Below, piece after piece: positions 59,274 to 64,000 of a stretch of DNA of 64,000 nucleotides. Both the position numbers and the translations under genes were made by a program. A model generated the notes under the pieces. The model made no database searches, was not told the origin of the DNA, and worked only from the letters and a program-made list of their open reading frames with translations. Source of the stretch: Oceanispirochaeta sp. (GTDB lineage Bacteria > Spirochaetota > Spirochaetia > DSM-2461). How positions within the stretch are numbered: position 1 is the first letter of the stretch; each line of letters begins with the position of its first letter. The stretch spans positions 1,472,001 through 1,536,000 of the forward strand of contig CAXXXD010000003.1 in assembly GCA_963663385.2 (NCBI GenBank), written 5' to 3'.

Positions 59274-61982
59274 ATGAAATTTTTTCCGCCCCTGATATAC
59301 CTCATCCTTATTCCTGTTCTCTCGCTTTTTCCTAAAGAAATGGAAGGGGTAGTAATCAGAGTGGGGACATTTTCAAAGACAGTCCCCTATATTATCCCCT
59401 ATGAAAACGGAACAGGTTTTTATGGTATAGAAAATGATATAATATCTCTGCTTGAGAAAAAACTGAATACCAGAATTGAACTGATACAGGGAAAAAGAGA
59501 AGAGCTTCTATCTGGATTTGATAATAGACATGTCTCCGCCCTTCTTGTACAGAGCGATGAATTCGATCTTCCGGAGGGCTACCTGAAATCTGAAAAGATA
59601 CTGGATTTACCTCTTGCTGTTTTCAGTCAGGATCACAGTATCTATCAGTTGAGGATTAATCAGTTTCCCAACAGCAGGATCGGTATTTCACAGCAATCCG
59701 ATGCAGCCAAAGCCTATATGAAAAGTCTGAATATCCCCTATAGATCTTTTCCCGATACAGAGAAAGGACTCTATAGACTATCCCGCGGTGAAATTGACTT
59801 TTTCCTGGATGACCTTTTCCATACAAAATACCAGGCTGATAACCAGAATTTGAAGCTCAGTATAAAAGGAATCATAGAAAATGAAAAATCCCATTACATT
59901 CTGATTTTTCCTCCTGAGTCAACTGTTCTCAGAAATCAGTTTAATTTTGCCATAAACCAAATCAGGAAAGATGAATCCTATTCCATAAGGAACCGATGGA
60001 TTGGGCTGTATCCCACTCAGAGGTTTGATCAGATGAAATTCAGCAGCCGGGAAATCTCCTGGATGGAGGAAAATCCGGAGGTCCTTTATAAAGGCGAATC
60101 ATCCATGGGGCCGATTCTCTTCGAACAGAACAATAATTATGTTGGTATAGTCGCCGATATTCTCAGGATAATTACTGACCAGACCTCGATCAGGTTCACC
60201 CCCGTCAACGACAAGAAACTGCCAAATCCTCTATCGGATAAATCTGCATTTGAAAATGTGATCTTACCCATGACCACTTTTGATGATACGGATCTTGCGG
60301 ATTATCACTTCAGCGATCCCTATCTGACTATACCCAATGTTATTTTTGCCCGAAAAAACGACAGGATTTATATAGATAATATTTATGAAATGACCAACCG
60401 GAAAATTATCCTGGTAAAAGGGATGGGTGTTAATCGGTATATGATGAATAAATACCCGGAAATGGATTTTATTCAGGTCAATACGGTCAGAGAAGCACTC
60501 CGTGCCCTGATTCAGTCCAAAGCGGATTTTTATGTGGGAGACATGATAACCGGCAGCTATTATATTAATAAAGCAGGATACAACCAGCTGAGTATGGTAG
60601 GAGAAATCAAGCACGATATGGAGCTGCGTATTGCTGTTCCCGATGAAATGAGCACACTTGTCCCCATACTGAACAGAGCCCTCAAGCAGATATCACCGGG
60701 TGAAAATACATCCATTATCCAGAAATGGACATCTCTGAGACTGGAAGATTCGATCAATTACTCCCTCCTGGGTCAGATTCTGATAGTTTTTACCGTAATC
60801 ATCATGATTATTCTTATCTGGAACAGGAAACTGAAGCTGGAGATTCAGGAGAGGGAGAGATCGGAAGAAGCCCTCCGTTACAGCGAACACAAGTCCCGGG
60901 AAGCGGAAGAGGTTTCAAGAATTGCCCGGGAAAAAGCGGAGCGGCTGGCGGTAATGGCCGAGGATGCCAGCAAGGCGAAATCCCAGTTTCTGGCCAATAT
61001 GTCTCATGAGATCAGGACGCCCCTCAACTCGATAATCGGTTTTTCCGAGCTCCTTGAGACCACAGAGACCTCACCGATACAGAAGCAGTATCTGGATTCG
61101 GTCAAGACTTCCGCAGAAGTCCTGCTTGTTCTGATCAACGATGTTCTGGACCTGTCCAAGATTGAAGCGGGAAAGACAAAAATCAACACAGCTCCTGTAA
61201 AACTTTCAAAAATCTTCAATGACATGAAAGTCATATTTTCACAGAGAGCAGAAGATAAAGGATTGAATTTCCGTTTTATCGAAACGGAAGAGCTGGAATA
61301 TGATTTTTTACTGGATATGCTTCGAATTGAACAGATTTTAATGAACCTTATTGGAAACTCCCTGAAATTCACCGAATCCGGTTTTATTTCAATCTCGGCC
61401 CGTTTTAAAAGACTGGACCATTCGGATAACTATGATATTACTCTCATTGTGGCTGATTCCGGAATCGGAATAAAAGAGGATCAGAGAGACAAGATATTCC
61501 ACTTGTTTGAACAGTCTGACAATCAGGATACCCGAAAATTCGGGGGAACCGGACTAGGCTTGGGGATTTCAAATAAACTGGTGGAATTAATGAACGGTTC
61601 CATTCATGTAGACAGCCTTTACGGCAAGGGTTCTGTATTTTCAGTCAACCTTCCCAAAGTCCCCTGTGTAGGAAAAGGGATGCCTGCAGGTGAGACTCCG
61701 GATTCTTTAAACCTCTCCGTGGAATCGGGATTAAAAAATAGGGATAACCGGAAACTGATAACAGACAGGGATCTGGTTTGTCGATGGATCAAAGTCAGAG
61801 ACAGCGGCGATCCCGAAGCTATCAGGAATTACTGCCATAAACTCCTGCTCCTGCGGGAAGTGCGGGAATTCCCGTCAGCAGTGAATACCATGCAGAGCAT
61901 GATAAAGGCTGCGGAAGAGTATAACCTGGACAGGATACTTTTGCTATCCAATCAGATGAACGATTATTTTGCGGAGACATAG
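59274..61982 (+). CDS. Sensor histidine kinase with tandem periplasmic solute-binding domains (BvgS/Hk1-like), no REC seen
   Basis: SBP-like repeats, TM, FLANMSHEIRTPL, GGTGLGL, short helical tail. Confidence 0.9.
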   Translation: MKFFPPLIYLILIPVLSLFPKEMEGVVIRVGTFSKTVPYIIPYENGTGFYGIENDIISLLEKKLNTRIELIQGKREELLSGFDNRHVSALLVQSDEFDLPEGYLKSEKILDLPLAVFSQDHSIYQLRINQFPNSRIGISQQSDAAKAYMKSLNIPYRSFPDTEKGLYRLSRGEIDFFLDDLFHTKYQADNQNLKLSIKGIIENEKSHYILIFPPESTVLRNQFNFAINQIRKDESYSIRNRWIGLYPTQRFDQMKFSSREISWMEENPEVLYKGESSMGPILFEQNNNYVGIVADILRIITDQTSIRFTPVNDKKLPNPLSDKSAFENVILPMTTFDDTDLADYHFSDPYLTIPNVIFARKNDRIYIDNIYEMTNRKIILVKGMGVNRYMMNKYPEMDFIQVNTVREALRALIQSKADFYVGDMITGSYYINKAGYNQLSMVGEIKHDMELRIAVPDEMSTLVPILNRALKQISPGENTSIIQKWTSLRLEDSINYSLLGQILIVFTVIIMIILIWNRKLKLEIQERERSEEALRYSEHKSREAEEVSRIAREKAERLAVMAEDASKAKSQFLANMSHEIRTPLNSIIGFSELLETTETSPIQKQYLDSVKTSAEVLLVLINDVLDLSKIEAGKTKINTAPVKLSKIFNDMKVIFSQRAEDKGLNFRFIETEELEYDFLLDMLRIEQILMNLIGNSLKFTESGFISISARFKRLDHSDNYDITLIVADSGIGIKEDQRDKIFHLFEQSDNQDTRKFGGTGLGLGISNKLVELMNGSIHVDSLYGKGSVFSVNLPKVPCVGKGMPAGETPDSLNLSVESGLKNRDNRKLITDRDLVCRWIKVRDSGDPEAIRNYCHKLLLLREVREFPSAVNTMQSMIKAAEEYNLDRILLLSNQMNDYFAET

Positions 61983-61985
61983 GGG

Positions 61986-63077
61986 ATGAACAAAAAAAGG
62001 ATCATACTTATAGTAGATGACATACCCAAGAATATTCAGCTTGTAGCCCAGCATCTGAAACCTCTGAATTACAAACTCCTCTTTGCCACTTCCGGAAGCA
62101 AAGCTTTGAAACTCCTTGAGGAAAATCCGGTCGATCTGATTCTGATGGATATTATGATGCCCGAGATGAATGGTTTTGAAACCTGTCGGATAATAAAGGG
62201 AAAGTCCCAGTACTCCCGTTTGCCCATTATATTCCTGACAGCCAGGAATGAGGTCAGCGATATTGTGGAAGGCTTTGATGCGGGGGGCTCAGATTATATA
62301 ACCAAACCTTTTCATGGACAGGAGTTAATTGAACGGGTTAAAACTCATCTGGAATTGAAGATTCACAGGGATCAGCTGCAGGAAAGGCAGAGACAGCTAC
62401 AGGAGCTGCTGCACATTCTGTCCCATGATCTGAGAAACAGCCTTTCAGGAATTACCATGACCATGGACCTGGCGGATATGGAAAAAAGGCCCCTGAATAA
62501 CTATGAGCTTCGTCTGAGAGACCTCTCCCAGAACGGATTGAGTATTATTGATCTGGTAAGAACCATGCTCTCTTTAAATGAAAAACCCCTGGAACTGAAA
62601 CCGACGAATCTGAATGAATCTCTCAATCAATCCCTTACCATTCTCAAACCCTTTATTGATTCGAAGAAGATCAGAGTAAAAATCCATCATACCAGTGATC
62701 TGCAGGTAATGGCAGAACCGACATCCCTTGTCAACTCCGTATTAAACAATATTCTGACCAATGCCTGCAAATTCACGGAAGAGAAAGGAGAACTGATCAT
62801 CACTATGGAGGAAAAGAACCAGAATACCGTTCTGACCCTGCGGGATTTCGGCGTCGGGATCCCCGAGGAAATACAGAGTTATCTCTTTGATATTCACAGG
62901 GCAACCAGCCGCCCGGGAACAAATGGTGAGAAAGGGACCGGATACGGACTGCCCCTGGCCAGGAAATTTATGAATGCCTATGGAGGAACCATTCATATCC
63001 GTTCAAAAACAGCCGGTACCCCGGATTTCCCGCGGGGAACGGAAATATCCCTCTCCTTTCCGGAGATTGAAATCTGA
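61986..63077 (+). CDS. Hybrid REC-histidine kinase
   Basis: VDD, MDIMMP, KPF; SHDLRN, NILTNA, GTGYGL. Confidence 0.92.
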   Translation: MNKKRIILIVDDIPKNIQLVAQHLKPLNYKLLFATSGSKALKLLEENPVDLILMDIMMPEMNGFETCRIIKGKSQYSRLPIIFLTARNEVSDIVEGFDAGGSDYITKPFHGQELIERVKTHLELKIHRDQLQERQRQLQELLHILSHDLRNSLSGITMTMDLADMEKRPLNNYELRLRDLSQNGLSIIDLVRTMLSLNEKPLELKPTNLNESLNQSLTILKPFIDSKKIRVKIHHTSDLQVMAEPTSLVNSVLNNILTNACKFTEEKGELIITMEEKNQNTVLTLRDFGVGIPEEIQSYLFDIHRATSRPGTNGEKGTGYGLPLARKFMNAYGGTIHIRSKTAGTPDFPRGTEISLSFPEIEI

Positions 63078-63084
63078 TTCCCGT

Positions 63085-64000
63085 CTACAACAGCAGCATC
63101 AGTTTTTCCTTCAGGAATTCAGATTTCTCAACAAGCCCTATCTTTCCGGTTTCAATAATCAACCTTTCTGGATGGGCCGCATCCAGTTTGACCTGCCCGT
63201 TGGAAACGGCAATCATCTTCATAAGATTATCGACAGATATTATCGCAACCTTTCCGAAGTCGATATAAACAACACCCTGCCTCTCTTTCATGGCGGAGAT
63301 CCAGAGTTGACGGCAGATAATGCGGATTTCCGCCAGCGCCAGAAGACTCTGCATTTCCGATGGAAGGGGACCGAAACGGTCATACAGTTCGGCATAGATC
63401 CTGTCCTGCTCCTCTTTTTCAGAAATAGAGGCAACTTTTTTATAAACTTCCATCTTTTCTGTGGGATCATGGATGTAGGTGTCCGGGATAAAACCTGTGT
63501 AATCCAGTTCAAGGTAAACTTCAGGCGGCTCTTCCTCCCGTTCCTCCTGGCTCCTCTCTATGATGGCGTCTTCCAGCAGTTTAAGGTACATATCAAATCC
63601 GACCGCCAGGATTTCACCGGACTGCTCGCTTCCCAGCAGGTTTCCGGCTCCCCGGACTTCCATATCCTTCATGGCAATCTTGAATCCCGATCCCAGATCC
63701 GTAAAATCGGAAATTATCTGAAGCCTTTTCATGGCAATATCCGACAGGACCCGGTTTTCCGGGTATAACAGGTAGGCATAGGCCAGCCGCTCCGACCGGC
63801 CTACCCGTCCGCGCAGCTGATAGAGTTGTGATATACCATACATATCAGCCCGGTCAATTATAATCGTATTGACATTGGGTATGTCTATTCCGTTTTCGAT
63901 AATTGTCGTAGAGACAAGAACCTGAAAGGCTCCGTGGATAAAACGGTGCATAATCTCTTCCAGTTCCCTGGGGGTCATCTGGCCGTGGGCTATTTCGACA
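63085..64000 (-). CDS. mfd: Transcription-repair coupling factor, 3' part (runs off the window)
   Basis: AHGQM, TTIIENGIDIPNVNT, QLYQLRGRVGRS, RGAGNLLG.EQSG, TRCF domain. Confidence 0.95.
   Translation of the reverse strand, partial: VEIAHGQMTPRELEEIMHRFIHGAFQVLVSTTIIENGIDIPNVNTIIIDRADMYGISQLYQLRGRVGRSERLAYAYLLYPENRVLSDIAMKRLQIISDFTDLGSGFKIAMKDMEVRGAGNLLGSEQSGEILAVGFDMYLKLLEDAIIERSQEEREEEPPEVYLELDYTGFIPDTYIHDPTEKMEVYKKVASISEKEEQDRIYAELYDRFGPLPSEMQSLLALAEIRIICRQLWISAMKERQGVVYIDFGKVAIISVDNLMKMIAVSNGQVKLDAAHPERLIIETGKIGLVEKSEFLKEKLMLLL

Noticed and set aside
62974..63768. Long antisense ORFs (also 57137-57934, 50985-51770, 52002-52712, 41941-42573, 33539-34180)
   Set aside because: Shadow frames of well-supported genes with no recognisable motifs

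Overview
Chromosomal segment that looks like a free-living spirochete (Spirochaetaceae-like), inferred from spirochete-typical gene orders: amidase-GerMN-flaA and cheA-cheW3-cheX-cheY; murG-cvpA-holB-hk2/rrp2-like; and a spiro-SPASM radical SAM gene. Positions 1-7.4 kb are an accessory, phage-derived-looking region downstream of tRNA-Val(GAC). It holds one complete IS21 (295-2525, 6-bp target duplication) splitting a 332-aa secreted-protein gene, a truncated second IS21, a HicAB toxin-antitoxin pair, AT-rich cargo genes, and three overlapping degenerate fragments of a 3TM (GTA-type) holin gene that bracket the cargo. The rest is mostly core genome: chemotaxis/flagellar genes; a tightly coupled spiro-SPASM/glycosyltransferase/cytidylyltransferase/PseG-methyltransferase/ATP-grasp cluster; xseAB; a large membrane PP2C with TPR, UPF0164 and zinc-ribbon neighbours; a TIR-ankyrin protein; a sigma54 two-component pair; three tandem tRNA-Val(TAC) with a tRNA-linked repeat and a candidate sRNA/small-ORF unit; class II RNR with an NrdR box; two tandem EF-G paralogues degenerate in complementary ways; citrate synthase; trmB; a kinase pair; and the 3' part of mfd. 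All family calls are from motif recognition by eye; no searches were run.
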